A stretch of 64,000 bases of DNA from Halarcobacter sp. (GCA_048571215.1 CP182352.1:2368001-2432000); one strand, 5' to 3'. Shown: positions 26,991 to 38,048, counted from the first letter of the stretch. A program made the numbers and translations. The notes: generated by a model from the letters alone, not told the origin.

Positions 26991-28805
26991 ATGAGTTTAA
27001 GAGATCAAAAATCTTTCCTATCAAATATTCATCCTTTTGAAGTCTTAAATGAAGAACAAATGGATAAATGTATCCGTCACATGGATATAGCTTATTATCC
27101 AAAAGGTGAAGTTTTAATTAGTCCAGACAAAGTATCTAGTAACTTTTTTATTATCATAAAGGGTTGTGTACATGAGATAAAAGATGATGAGATTTTAGTT
27201 GATTATCATCAAGAAGACTCTTTTGATGCAAACTCACTAATATATGGCAAAACAAAAAATACTTTTAAAGTATATGAAGATTTAATATCTTATGAGTTAG
27301 AAAAAGAAACCTTTTTATACTTAGTAGAAAATAATGCCGAATTTAAAGACTTTTTTTTAAATAATTTAGTAAATAAATTTCAAGTTTTAAAACATAAAGA
27401 ATACACCTCTGAGTTATCAACTTTTATGATTGCAAGAGTTTCTGAAGCAGTTTTACATGAACCTTGTATAGTTGAATCAAATACAAAACTAATTGATGCA
27501 ATTGAAAAATCTACAGAATATAAAACTTCCACAATTATTGTAAAAAAAGAGAATACCTATGGAATTATCACAGACTCTTTACTTAAGGTAAAAGTTCTTT
27601 TAGAAAGAAGAGATTTAAATATTCCTGTATCAGAAATTGCTATATTTCCACTACAAACAGTTAACAAAGATGATTATTTGTTTGATGCTTTTTCTATGTT
27701 AATTAAAAGAAATATTAAAAGAATAGGTGTAATTAATACCCAAGGTGAAATTGTAGGTATTTTGGAACAAATAGATGTCCTATCACATTTTGCAAATCAC
27801 ACCTATGTTGTTGACTCAAAAATCAAAAAAGCAAAAAATGTCCAAGAGCTAAAAGAAGCTAGTATTGAACTAATTAACACAATTACAACCCTAAATGCAA
27901 AAGGTGTAAAAGTTCAACATATTTCAAACTTAATTGGTCAACTAAATACAAAAGTCTACCAAAAGCTTTATAAACTTATTGTTCCAGAAGATTTGCAAAA
28001 TGATGCTTGTTTTATTGTTATGGGTAGTGAAGGAAGAAATGAACAAATTATTAAAACAGACCAAGATAATGCTTTAGTTGTTTGTGATGATAAAGATGTG
28101 GAACAATATAGACCATATATGGAAAAAATAACTGCAACTTTAATAGAGTTTGGTTATCCACCATGTCCAGGTAATATTATGGTTTCAAACCCGTTTTGGT
28201 GTAAGAATGTGAAAGACTATAAAACAGAAACAGCAAAATGGATAGAAGCCCCAGATATGCAAAACTATATGGATCTTGCTATATTTTTTGATTCTTTTGC
28301 AGTTGCAGGAAGAAAAGAGTTGCTGATAAATTTAAAAGATGACTTATTTGATAGACTTCATGACAAAGATGTTTTTATGGCATATTTTGCAAAGGCTACC
28401 TTAACCTTTGATACTCCTAGTATAGTTGCAAACTTTATGACTAAAACCCACCTTATTGATATTAAAAAAACTGGAATTTTTCCTATTGTACAAGGGGTTA
28501 GAAGTTTAGCTTTAAGGGAAAAGATTAGAGAAACAACTACAGTAAAAAGAATTAAAATCCTTGCAAGAAAAAAAGTACTTGAACAAGATATGGCAAATGA
28601 ACTATTAGAAGCCTTTGAGGTATTAAATACCTTAAGATTAAAAGGGCATTTACAAAAAAAACAAGATAATAAAAAAATTGATAATGAAATAGATACCCAC
28701 TCTTTAGGTAAAATAGAAAGAGATCTTTTAAAAGATAGTTTTAAAATTGTTATTAGTTTTAAAAAATTTATTACATATTCATTCAAAATAGATAAGTTAT
28801 CATGA
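26991..28805 (+). CDS. cNMP-binding/CBS/DUF294 nucleotidyltransferase-like protein (copy 1)
   Basis: MGSEGRNEQ..KTDQDNAL, CPGNIMVSNP.W, DIKK. Confidence 0.9.
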   Translation: MSLRDQKSFLSNIHPFEVLNEEQMDKCIRHMDIAYYPKGEVLISPDKVSSNFFIIIKGCVHEIKDDEILVDYHQEDSFDANSLIYGKTKNTFKVYEDLISYELEKETFLYLVENNAEFKDFFLNNLVNKFQVLKHKEYTSELSTFMIARVSEAVLHEPCIVESNTKLIDAIEKSTEYKTSTIIVKKENTYGIITDSLLKVKVLLERRDLNIPVSEIAIFPLQTVNKDDYLFDAFSMLIKRNIKRIGVINTQGEIVGILEQIDVLSHFANHTYVVDSKIKKAKNVQELKEASIELINTITTLNAKGVKVQHISNLIGQLNTKVYQKLYKLIVPEDLQNDACFIVMGSEGRNEQIIKTDQDNALVVCDDKDVEQYRPYMEKITATLIEFGYPPCPGNIMVSNPFWCKNVKDYKTETAKWIEAPDMQNYMDLAIFFDSFAVAGRKELLINLKDDLFDRLHDKDVFMAYFAKATLTFDTPSIVANFMTKTHLIDIKKTGIFPIVQGVRSLALREKIRETTTVKRIKILARKKVLEQDMANELLEAFEVLNTLRLKGHLQKKQDNKKIDNEIDTHSLGKIERDLLKDSFKIVISFKKFITYSFKIDKLS

Positions 28806-29434
28806 TAAAAGAATTTTTTAATAATCTAAAAAAAAGAAAATTAAAAGATAAAAAATATGAGTATCTTTTTACTGAACCAAAAAAAGGTGAATATGTTTGT
28901 TTAGATTGTGAAACAACTGGCTTAAATCCAAAAAAAGATGAAATACTCTCAATTGGTGCAGTTTTAATAAAAGATAATAGAGTACTAATGAGAAAAACTC
29001 TTAATATCTTTGTAAAACCTTCAAGACATGTAACAGAAGAGTCTATAAAAATCCACCATATAAGACCTATTGATTTAGAAAATGCAGTTGAACCCAAAAA
29101 AGCTATTTTGGAACTTCTTGAATTTATTGGTAATAGACCAATAGTTGGTTATTACATTAAGTTTGATATTGCCATAATCTCAAAATACACTAAACAAATA
29201 ATTGGTATACCCTTACCAAACGATTCAGTAGAAGTCTCTTCAATGTACTTTAGAACAAAAAAAAGAAGTAGTGATTATGAATTTGTAGATTTAAAATTTG
29301 ACACTATTATGAAAGAGTTAGATATTCCAGAACTTGGTAAACATGATGCTCTCAATGATGCAATTATGACCTCAATGATATTTTTAAAACTAAAAGATAG
29401 AACAGCCGCTAAAACTACTTTTTATACTGGATAA
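28802..29434 (+). CDS. DEDDh 3'-5' exonuclease-like protein (copy 1)
   Basis: LDCETTGL, FD, HDALNDA. Confidence 0.9.
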   Translation: MIKEFFNNLKKRKLKDKKYEYLFTEPKKGEYVCLDCETTGLNPKKDEILSIGAVLIKDNRVLMRKTLNIFVKPSRHVTEESIKIHHIRPIDLENAVEPKKAILELLEFIGNRPIVGYYIKFDIAIISKYTKQIIGIPLPNDSVEVSSMYFRTKKRSSDYEFVDLKFDTIMKELDIPELGKHDALNDAIMTSMIFLKLKDRTAAKTTFYTG

Positions 29435-29460
29435 TCATAAAAAATATAATATTTTTGAAA

Positions 29461-29489
29461 TGCTACTTTATTGCTATGTTTAATGTAAC
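29461..29489 (+). promoter_or_regulatory. TGCTAY direct-repeat box upstream of DUF485-actP
   Basis: TGCTAC at 29461, TGCTAT at 29472. Confidence 0.55.
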
Positions 29490-29644
29490 ATTAAGTTACC
29501 AAACTTATTTAAGACCTTAATATAAACTTAATTTTATAGATTGATATCAATATATAATTATTTATAAGTATAATTTTATTTGCATATTAAATGATATATC
29601 AATGCCTATATAGCCATTTAAAATCTAAATAAAAGGACGTATCT

Positions 29645-29959
29645 ATGAAAAATGATATGGTAGAGCGAATTAAAGCTAACCCTTCTTATAAAGAGTTAGT
29701 TAGTAAAAGAAGTAGTTTTGCAGTTAAACTTGGTATCTTTGTTCTTGTAATGTTTTATGCATTTATTTTAACAATTGCATTTGATCCAACATTACTAGCA
29801 GTAAAAACTGGAGATGGGGTTATGACTGTAGCATTTCCAATTGCAGCAGCAATTATTATTATCAGTTTCTTAACAACTTTAATCTATGTAAGAAGAGCAA
29901 ATGGTGAGTTTGAAGATTTGATTGAAAAAGTAAGAGAAGATGTAAAGGATGATTTATAA
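29645..29959 (+). CDS. DUF485 (YjcH-like) membrane protein
   Basis: [18 protein letters not shown]; directly upstream of actP. Confidence 0.88.
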   Translation: MKNDMVERIKANPSYKELVSKRSSFAVKLGIFVLVMFYAFILTIAFDPTLLAVKTGDGVMTVAFPIAAAIIIISFLTTLIYVRRANGEFEDLIEKVREDVKDDL

Positions 29960-31602
29960 TGTTTAGAATTTTAGCACTTATTTCAGTTTTTGCAATTGCA
30001 TTATTCGCTGAAAATATAGAAGTTCATGGTCAAAGAAGTATAAATATCCCAGCAATTATAATGTTTTTTATATTTGTTGGAGCAACTTTAGTTATCACAT
30101 ATTGGGCAGCAAAAAGAACAAAATCTGCAAGTGATTTTTATACTGCTGGTGGAGGAATCACAGGTTTTCAAAATGGTATGGCTATTGCTGGGGATTATAT
30201 GTCAGCAGCATCATTCCTTGGACTTTCTGGTCTTGTATATTTAAAAGGTTATGATGGTCTTGTATATGCAGTTGGATTTTTAGTTGGTTGGCCTGTTATT
30301 TTATTCTTAATGGCTGAGAAGTTAAGAAATCTAGGTAAATATACATTTGCAGATATTGCAGCTTATAGACTAGGTCAAAAAGAGATAAGAACTCTTGCAT
30401 CATTAGGTTCTTTAGCTGTTGTAACATTATATCTTATTGCACAAATGGTTGGTTCTGGTAAACTAATCCAAGTATTATTTGGTCTTCCATATGAATACGC
30501 AGTAATCTTAGTTGGTATCATGATGATTATTTATGTAACTTTTGGTGGTATGCTTGCAACTACTTGGGTTCAAATTATAAAAGCTATTCTACTTTTATCA
30601 GGGGTAACATTTATGGCATTTATGGTACTAAGTCAGTTTGGATTTTCTTTTGAAGCCTTAGCTGAAAAAGCTGTTGAAAGTCATAACTTAGGTCAAGCAA
30701 TTATGGCACCTGGTGGATTTATATCAGACCCAGTTTCTGCTATCTCTTTAGGTATGGCACTTATGCTTGGTACTGCTGGTCTTCCTCATGTACTTATGAG
30801 ATTCTTCACAGTTGGTAATGCAAAAGAAGCTAGAAAATCAGTTGTTTATGCAACAGGATTTATTGGTTATTTTTACTTAGTTATTGCTGTAATTGGTCTT
30901 GGAGCAATTGTTTTCTTAAATTCTCCAGAAGGTGCTCAATACTTTACAGATGGTAAACTATTTGGTGGAAATAATATGGCTGCAATTCACTTATCACATA
31001 TGGTTGGTGGAAATATCTTTTTAGGATTTATTTCAGCTGTTGCTTTTGCTACAATTTTAGCAGTTGTATCTGGTTTAACTCTTGCAGGAGCATCTGCAAT
31101 TTCACACGACCTTTATGCATCTGTTATCAATCCAGATTGTACAGAAGAGCAAGAGATGAAAATCTCTAAAATGTCAGTAATTGTAATTGGTATTGTTGGA
31201 GTTGTATTAGGTATTGCATTTGAACAACAAAATATTGCATTTATGGTTGGTCTTGCATTTGCTATTGCTGCATCTGCTAACTTCCCAATCTTGTTCTTAT
31301 CAATTTACTGGTCTAAATTAACTACAAGAGGAGCGTTCCTTGGTGGTTTAGTTGGTCTTATAACTGCTGTTACTCTTGTAATCGTAGGTCCAATTGTTTG
31401 GGTTCAAATTTTAGGAAATGCAGAGCCATTATTCCCATATAAACACCCTGCACTATTCTCAGTAACTGCTGCATTTATTGCTATTTGGTTCTTTAGTATC
31501 ACTGATAAATCTCAAAGAGCTAAAGATGAAGAGATAGCATTTGAAGCACAAAAAGTTAGAGCTGAAACTGGTTTTGGAGCTGATGGAGCTGTTGATCACT
31601 AA
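29959..31602 (+). CDS. actP: Cation/acetate symporter
   Basis: [44 protein letters not shown]. Confidence 0.93.
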   Translation: MFRILALISVFAIALFAENIEVHGQRSINIPAIIMFFIFVGATLVITYWAAKRTKSASDFYTAGGGITGFQNGMAIAGDYMSAASFLGLSGLVYLKGYDGLVYAVGFLVGWPVILFLMAEKLRNLGKYTFADIAAYRLGQKEIRTLASLGSLAVVTLYLIAQMVGSGKLIQVLFGLPYEYAVILVGIMMIIYVTFGGMLATTWVQIIKAILLLSGVTFMAFMVLSQFGFSFEALAEKAVESHNLGQAIMAPGGFISDPVSAISLGMALMLGTAGLPHVLMRFFTVGNAKEARKSVVYATGFIGYFYLVIAVIGLGAIVFLNSPEGAQYFTDGKLFGGNNMAAIHLSHMVGGNIFLGFISAVAFATILAVVSGLTLAGASAISHDLYASVINPDCTEEQEMKISKMSVIVIGIVGVVLGIAFEQQNIAFMVGLAFAIAASANFPILFLSIYWSKLTTRGAFLGGLVGLITAVTLVIVGPIVWVQILGNAEPLFPYKHPALFSVTAAFIAIWFFSITDKSQRAKDEEIAFEAQKVRAETGFGADGAVDH

Positions 31603-31617
31603 TAATATAAATTGTAC

Positions 31618-31646
31618 ACTAAAGAGAGTTTAAAACTCTCTTTAGT
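31618..31646 (+). terminator. Perfect hairpin (terminator or mRNA-stabilising stem)
   Basis: ACTAAAGAGAGTTT-A-AAACTCTCTTTAGT. Confidence 0.65.
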
Positions 31647-31732
31647 ATTTAAACTTTTCAAGCTCCTAAAACAACTTATCATTTTTTATATGATAATCTT
31701 TAAGAAGATAAAATAAATTATAAAGATAAAAC

Positions 31733-33574
31733 ATGAGTATACTAGAGCAATTAACTTTTATAAAGTCTATCCACCCCTTTGAAAACTTATCAAAAAATGA
31801 ATTAGAAGAGTTTTCAAATTCACTTGATATTGTTTATTATAAAAAAGACCAAGTATTGCAAGAGGCAAAAAAAGAGCCTGAAAATCTATATTTTATAATA
31901 AAAGGATTGGTTCAAGAAAAACTAGATGAAGAGGTTTTATCAATTTTTTCAAAAAATGAGTTTTTTGACCCAATCTCTTTAATAGAAAACTTTTCTAAAC
32001 ACACTTTTATAACTGTCCAAGAGACTATTTGTTATGTTTTGCCAAAAAAGATTTTTATTAAAACTTTGCATAAAAATCCCCATATGGAAAAATACTTTTT
32101 CCAATCTATTTCACAAAAACTAAATGCAAATATAAATAATGAAAAAAATAAAGAATTAGCAAACCTAATGGTAGCAAAAGTAAAAGATGCAAGAGTTCAT
32201 AGAGCGGTAATAGTACCATATGAAACCTCAATTTTTGAAGCAGTTAAAACAATCAAAAAAGAGAAGGTTCCAACTTTACTTTTAAGGGATAAACAAGAAA
32301 AGATTCATATAGTAACCGATTCTGATTTTAGAGAAAAAGTTATCTTAAATAGAATGGATTTTGATGATATTGTTGGTAAGATCTCAAACTCAGGATTAAT
32401 CTATGTAAATGAAAACGATTTCTTATTTAATGCCCAACTACTTATGGCTAAGCATGGTTTAAAAAGAATGGTAGTTAAAAATGATCAAGATGAGATTGTA
32501 GGTATAATTGATCAAATCTCTTTATCTTCATTTTTTGCTACACATACCTTCTCCGTTTCAAATGAGATTGCAAAAGCGGAAACATTAGAGGAGTTAAAAG
32601 CTGCATGTCAATCATTTACCAAGATAATAAAATCACTAAATGCAAAAGGTGTAAAAGTTGATTTTATCTCAAAACTAATCAATCAACTAAATAGAAAAGT
32701 TATGGAAAAACTATTTAAAATCCTTGCCCCAGAAGGTTTAATAGAAAACTCATGTTTAGTTGTAATGGGAAGTGAAGGGAGAGGTGAACAAATCCTTAAA
32801 ACAGATCAAGACAATGCACTAATCATTGGTGATGATTGTAACTTAAGTGATGAGTGTATAAAAGAGTTTGCTATAAAATACACTGAAACCTTAGTTGATT
32901 TTGGATTTCCAAGATGTGAAGGGAATATTATGGTTAGTAATCCCTACTGGCGAAGAAGACAAAGTTCATTTAAAGATTTGATTTATGAATTAATAACAAA
33001 ACCTAGTGGTGATAACTTTATGAATTTAGCTATTTTTTATGATGCAATGTGTGCTGCTGGAAATAGAGAACTTCTAAAAGAGATTAAAGAGTATATGTTT
33101 AGTATCTGTTCAAATAGCAAAACCTTTTATATGCACTTTGCCAAAATTATTATGGATTTTGAAGTTCCATTAGGTTTTTTTGATGGCTTTGTATTTGATT
33201 CAAGTGACAAAGAGCATAAAGATGAAATAGATATAAAAAAAGGTGGTATTTTTATAATCGTACAAGGGATAAGAGCCTTATCTTTAGAAAATAGACTTTA
33301 TAGAGCTAATACTTTAAAAAGAATTGAAGAGTTAAGTGCTCTTGGTAAACTTGAAGAAGAGTTTGCTTCAGAATTAACTGAGGCTTTTAATTTTTTATGT
33401 ACTTTAAAACTAAAATCAAATCTTTCAAAACTTGATTCAGCACAAAAAGTTGATAATTATATAAATCCTGACAATTTAAATACAATGGAAAAGGATTTAT
33501 TAAAAGATAGTTTTAAAATTGTTAATAAACTAAAGAAAAAACTAGAATATCATTATAAGTTGAATTATGTTTAA
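31733..33574 (+). CDS. cNMP-binding/CBS/DUF294 nucleotidyltransferase-like protein (copy 2)
   Basis: MGSEGRGEQILKTDQDNAL, CEGNIMVSNPYW, DIKKGG. Confidence 0.9.
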   Translation: MSILEQLTFIKSIHPFENLSKNELEEFSNSLDIVYYKKDQVLQEAKKEPENLYFIIKGLVQEKLDEEVLSIFSKNEFFDPISLIENFSKHTFITVQETICYVLPKKIFIKTLHKNPHMEKYFFQSISQKLNANINNEKNKELANLMVAKVKDARVHRAVIVPYETSIFEAVKTIKKEKVPTLLLRDKQEKIHIVTDSDFREKVILNRMDFDDIVGKISNSGLIYVNENDFLFNAQLLMAKHGLKRMVVKNDQDEIVGIIDQISLSSFFATHTFSVSNEIAKAETLEELKAACQSFTKIIKSLNAKGVKVDFISKLINQLNRKVMEKLFKILAPEGLIENSCLVVMGSEGRGEQILKTDQDNALIIGDDCNLSDECIKEFAIKYTETLVDFGFPRCEGNIMVSNPYWRRRQSSFKDLIYELITKPSGDNFMNLAIFYDAMCAAGNRELLKEIKEYMFSICSNSKTFYMHFAKIIMDFEVPLGFFDGFVFDSSDKEHKDEIDIKKGGIFIIVQGIRALSLENRLYRANTLKRIEELSALGKLEEEFASELTEAFNFLCTLKLKSNLSKLDSAQKVDNYINPDNLNTMEKDLLKDSFKIVNKLKKKLEYHYKLNYV

Positions 33575-34187
33575 AAATATAAAAAACTATTTTAATAAAA
33601 AAAATCTAAAAGACGATAAATATCTTTATCTATTTGATGAAGCACCAAAAGATGAATATGTCTGCTTTGATTGTGAAACAACTGGACTTAGTGTAATAAA
33701 AGACGAAATTATCTCTATTGGTGCAGTATTGATTAAAAACAATACAATAGTTTCAAGTAAAAAATTTGTAAAATTTATTAAACCAAAAACAAAACTTCAA
33801 GAGGAGGCTATAAAAGTTCATCATATTAGAGAGTGTGACTTAGATGAAGCAGAAGATATAGATTTAGTTATGGATGAGTTCTTAAAGTTTATAGGTAGTA
33901 GGAAACTTGTGGGGTATTATTTGGAATTTGATATTGCTATGGTAAATAAACATATTAAGTCAAAGCTTGGTATCACCCTACCTAATAGATTATATGAAGT
34001 ATCAGCTATCTATCATGATTGGAAAATAGAAAAAATTCCCCAAAGCCATATTGATTTAAGATTTGATACTATAATGAAAGATTTAGATATACCAAAACTT
34101 GGAAAACATGATGCATACAACGATGCAATCATGACCTCAATGATGTTTATAAAGCTAAAAAACCAGACAAAAGTAAAACTCAAATAA
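33567..34187 (+). CDS. DEDDh 3'-5' exonuclease-like protein (copy 2)
   Basis: FDCETTGL, HDAYNDA. Confidence 0.9.
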   Translation: MFKNIKNYFNKKNLKDDKYLYLFDEAPKDEYVCFDCETTGLSVIKDEIISIGAVLIKNNTIVSSKKFVKFIKPKTKLQEEAIKVHHIRECDLDEAEDIDLVMDEFLKFIGSRKLVGYYLEFDIAMVNKHIKSKLGITLPNRLYEVSAIYHDWKIEKIPQSHIDLRFDTIMKDLDIPKLGKHDAYNDAIMTSMMFIKLKNQTKVKLK

Positions 34188-34248
34188 GTAGCTAAACTAT
34201 TATTTTTATTACATTAGATATAATAAATCCCTTTTAGGAGGTTTAATT

Positions 34249-35439
34249 ATGTTAATATTTGTTTTAAATGCAGGTTCATCTTCACTAAAATATCAATTAA
34301 TAGATGTAACAACAGCCGAAGTTAAAGCTTCAGGTTTATGTGAAAGAATTGGTATAGATGGGGTGATGAAACATGTAATTGCAGAGCATAGAAAATTAGA
34401 AATAGACCAACCCATGCCTACTCATAAAGAAGCAATTGAGTTTGTTTTAGAGATTCTTACCCATGATGATACAAAAGTTATTTCTAATATAGATGAGATT
34501 AGTGCCATAGGACATAGAGTTGTACATGGGGGAGAATATTTCAAAAAATCAGTTTTGGTTGATGAAGATGTTATGCAAAGAATTGAAGAGTTAGTTCCCT
34601 TAGCTCCTTTACATAACCCTGCAAATATTTTAGGAATGAGAATTTGTCAAGAGATTTTATCAGGTAAACCAAATGTAGCAGTATTTGATACTGCATTTCA
34701 CCAAACTATGCCAAAAGAAAACTATCTTTATGCAGTACCCCATGAGGATTATACTGAGCATCATTTAAGAAAATATGGATTTCATGGAACAAGTCATTAT
34801 TATGTTTCAAATGAAGCTATTAAGATGTTAGAAAAAGATAAATCAAAAATTATTGTTTGCCATTTAGGAAACGGTTCATCTATTTGTGCAGTAAAAGATG
34901 GAAAATCAGTAGATACAACTATGGGTTTAACCCCATTAGAGGGTCTTATTATGGGAACAAGAAGTGGAGATATCGATGCAGGTGTTATCCCATATCTAAT
35001 GGATAAAAAAGATATGGATAGTCATCAAATAATTGATTATCTAAATAAAAAATCGGGAATTTTAGGGATATCTGGTATAAGTTCAGATTTAAGAGAGGTT
35101 ATCAAAGCCGCTGAAGATGGGGATAAAAGAGCAAGCATATGTATAGATATGCTGTGTAATAGAATCAAAAAGTATATTTGTTCATATGCTGGTGTATTAA
35201 ATGGTGTTGATGCTATTTGTTTTACTGCTGGAATTGGTGAAAATGCTGATATCATTAGACAAAAAGTTTGTTCAAAACTTGAATTTTTAGGTATAGAAAT
35301 AGATAAAATAAAAAACAAACAAAGATTATCAACGAGTAGAGAAATTCAATCAAAAAACTCTAAAGTAAAAGTTTTTGTAATCCCTACAAATGAAGAGTTT
35401 GTAATAGCAAATGATACATATACTTTAGTAAAGGGGTAA
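34249..35439 (+). CDS. ackA: Acetate kinase (paralog 1)
   Basis: NAGSSSLK, GHRVVHGG, YGFHGTSH, TPLEGLIMGTRSG, IPTNEE. Confidence 0.95.
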   Translation: MLIFVLNAGSSSLKYQLIDVTTAEVKASGLCERIGIDGVMKHVIAEHRKLEIDQPMPTHKEAIEFVLEILTHDDTKVISNIDEISAIGHRVVHGGEYFKKSVLVDEDVMQRIEELVPLAPLHNPANILGMRICQEILSGKPNVAVFDTAFHQTMPKENYLYAVPHEDYTEHHLRKYGFHGTSHYYVSNEAIKMLEKDKSKIIVCHLGNGSSICAVKDGKSVDTTMGLTPLEGLIMGTRSGDIDAGVIPYLMDKKDMDSHQIIDYLNKKSGILGISGISSDLREVIKAAEDGDKRASICIDMLCNRIKKYICSYAGVLNGVDAICFTAGIGENADIIRQKVCSKLEFLGIEIDKIKNKQRLSTSREIQSKNSKVKVFVIPTNEEFVIANDTYTLVKG

Positions 35440-36441
35440 TCACCTCTTTACTTCAAAACTCTTAGGAGTTTGTTTATAATATTTTTTATAAGCTCTAAAA
35501 AATGAACTTGCTTCACTATAACCTAAAAAAAATGCAATACTAGTAAAATCCATTTTTGTATTTTTTATATAATGATTTGCCAATTGCATCCTTACACTAA
35601 GGAGTGCATCCCTAAACTTTTTATTTTCATCTTTTAGATTATATTGCAAGGTTCTTGTACTAACACTCAATTTTTTAGCAATAAACTCTATTGTAATATC
35701 ATTCTCACCTATAGTTTTTAATATCTCTTTTTTTACTTTACTATACCAAGAACTTATTTGCATATCTTCCAATATTTTATTGGCTTGTGCTTCAAAATAT
35801 TCAAGCATAGCAGGATTTGAATCACTTACATTTATATCTAATCTATCTATTTGAAAAAATATAGCATTTTCATTTTTATTTAAATAGATATTTTTACCAA
35901 ATATTGACTCATATTTTTCAAAATTATTTAAACTATCAATGGTAAAATATGTTTTATTTGGAACTATTTTATGCCCACTGATTTGAGTTAGTATGGCTAA
36001 AATAGCACTTAGGTGTACCTCTGCATGAAAACTTGGAACGGGTATCATTGGGTTTTCATTTATATAAATTGAGATTTTATAATAATCCTCACTCTTTGAT
36101 AAATGAAATTTAATAAATCCACTTATTAGTTTTTGATAATAATCAAATTTCTCTATCACTTCTTTTAGATTTTTTGCATTTAACATCAAATAACCTAAAA
36201 CTCCTAGTGAATGATAAGTGATAGAACTTCCTATTTTCAGTGCTAAGGTATAATCCCCACTTCTTTCCATACAATATACAAATATGTCAGATAACTTAGA
36301 ACTCTCAATTTGACTACTTTGACTTAATAAAACCTTTTTAGATAAATCAACTTGTTCTAACATCTCATCAATACTAATTAAACTATTCTTTTCTAATGAC
36401 TTTAATACATAATGAAAGGTGATAGAGGAAATCTTCGCCAT
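35440..36441 (-). CDS. AraC family regulator (Arabinose_bd_2-type N-terminus)
   Basis: LGVLGYLM; STRTLQY..L; FLGYSEASSFFRAYKK. Confidence 0.9.
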   Translation of the reverse strand: MAKISSITFHYVLKSLEKNSLISIDEMLEQVDLSKKVLLSQSSQIESSKLSDIFVYCMERSGDYTLALKIGSSITYHSLGVLGYLMLNAKNLKEVIEKFDYYQKLISGFIKFHLSKSEDYYKISIYINENPMIPVPSFHAEVHLSAILAILTQISGHKIVPNKTYFTIDSLNNFEKYESIFGKNIYLNKNENAIFFQIDRLDINVSDSNPAMLEYFEAQANKILEDMQISSWYSKVKKEILKTIGENDITIEFIAKKLSVSTRTLQYNLKDENKKFRDALLSVRMQLANHYIKNTKMDFTSIAFFLGYSEASSFFRAYKKYYKQTPKSFEVKR

Positions 36442-36542
36442 AAAACTCCTATTTTTTCGTAAAATGTCAATAAACTTGCATATTATATCATAAAATAATA
36501 TACAAATAATTGTATAATTTTTATCAAATTTAGGAGAAGAAT

Positions 36543-36857
36543 ATGTCGAAATATGAAATTAAGGTAGATGAAAGTTATGTAAGTTTTAAAAACATCAATT
36601 GTTTTGAAAATGCGTGTGTGGTTATAGATAATATGTTAAGGGTTTTAGAAAACCCAAAAAACATGAATATTTACTGGAAAAAAATAATTCCGATGATTCC
36701 AAAAGCTTATTATGATAGGGATGCAAAATCTGATACAAAAGAGGAACTTTTATATCTTGTTTGTTCAAATAGTTTTTATTTAGATGAACTGTTTGAAAAA
36801 GCAGAAGATGAAGAAGCTATTCAAGCATTAAATAAATGTGAACAGGAGTGTTGTTAA
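36543..36857 (+). CDS. cowN: N2-fixation sustaining protein CowN
   Basis: YVSFKNINC..NA, N.YW, LDELFE...EEA..AL..CEQECC C-terminus match the CowN pattern as I recall it. Confidence 0.75.
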   Translation: MSKYEIKVDESYVSFKNINCFENACVVIDNMLRVLENPKNMNIYWKKIIPMIPKAYYDRDAKSDTKEELLYLVCSNSFYLDELFEKAEDEEAIQALNKCEQECC

Positions 36858-36946
36858 TAAAAAAATCTACAAAATTTATACTTATGTAAAACTAATGTAC
36901 TACTTTTATACACATTTATAAAAATTGCATATATTTTTTACTCAAA

Positions 36947-36990
36947 TGCTATAGTAATGCTACTTTAATGCTACGCTTAAATATTATAAT
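36947..36990 (+). promoter_or_regulatory. Triple TGCTAY box plus TATAAT upstream of pta-ackA
   Basis: Repeats at 36947, 36958, 36969; TATAAT at 36985 (same 16-bp offset as 24669/24685). Confidence 0.7.
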
Positions 36991-37019
36991 TTATTGATTT
37001 TACAATAAAGGAAGCGTGA

Positions 37020-38012
37020 ATGGGTTTAATTAAAAGTATTAAAGAAAATGCTAAAAAAGAACTAAAAACTATAGTTCTTCCAGAATCAGAAGATGAAAGA
37101 GTTCTTAAAGCTGCTCAAATGGTTCTTGAGGAAAAAACTGCAAATGTGGTTTTAATTGGTAATGAAGATACAATTAAAGCTGACGCAAGTGCATGTGGCG
37201 CTAATATAGAGGGTGCTACTATTATTGATCCAAAATCTTATGATGGTATTGATAGATACATTGATGAGTTAGTAGAGTTAAGAAGATCAAAAAATCTTTC
37301 TAAAGAAGAAGCAACAGAAATCATGACTACAGAACCTAGATTTTTTGGTTGTATGATGGTTAGACTTGGTGACGCTCATGGTCTAGTTGCAGGTTCTAAC
37401 TCTCCAACTGCTGATGTTTTAAGAGCTGCAATTCAAGTTATTAAAACAGCACCAGGAATTAAAACTGTATCTTCTGCTTTTGTAATGGAAACAGCGGATG
37501 GTAAATTTGGTGATAATGGATTATTACTATTTGCTGATTGTGCTGTATTACCAGAACCAACTGCAGAACAACTAGCTGACATAGCTGCTTCTACTGCTGC
37601 AACTGCCTCATCAGTTGTAGGTTTAGAGCCAAGAGTTGCGATGTTATCATTCTCTACAATGGGAAGTGCTTCTCACCCACTAGTTGATAAAGTACAAAAT
37701 GCTGTACAAATTCTAAAAGATAGAAATGTTGATTTTGCTTTTGATGGTGAAATGCAAGCAGATGCTGCAATTGTTGAAGCTATTGGAGCTAAAAAAGCAC
37801 CTGATTCAAAAGTAGCAGGTCGTGCAAATATTTTAGTATTCCCAGATTTACAATCTGGAAATATCGGATATAAACTAGTACAAAGATTTGCTGGAGCTGA
37901 TGCTCATGGTCCAATTGTTCAAGGTTTAGCAAAACCTGTTAATGACCTTTCAAGAGGTTGTTCAGTAGAAGATATTGCTAACTTAGTTGCAATTACAGCT
38001 ACACAATCATAA
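37020..38012 (+). CDS. pta: Phosphate acetyltransferase (short, catalytic-domain-only form)
   Basis: IVLPESEDERVL, FADCAV, DGEMQADAA, GNIGYKL, DLSRGCS. Confidence 0.96.
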   Translation: MGLIKSIKENAKKELKTIVLPESEDERVLKAAQMVLEEKTANVVLIGNEDTIKADASACGANIEGATIIDPKSYDGIDRYIDELVELRRSKNLSKEEATEIMTTEPRFFGCMMVRLGDAHGLVAGSNSPTADVLRAAIQVIKTAPGIKTVSSAFVMETADGKFGDNGLLLFADCAVLPEPTAEQLADIAASTAATASSVVGLEPRVAMLSFSTMGSASHPLVDKVQNAVQILKDRNVDFAFDGEMQADAAIVEAIGAKKAPDSKVAGRANILVFPDLQSGNIGYKLVQRFAGADAHGPIVQGLAKPVNDLSRGCSVEDIANLVAITATQS

Positions 38013-38048
38013 AAACTATAAATTAAATTCAAAAAAAGGGAAAAGATA

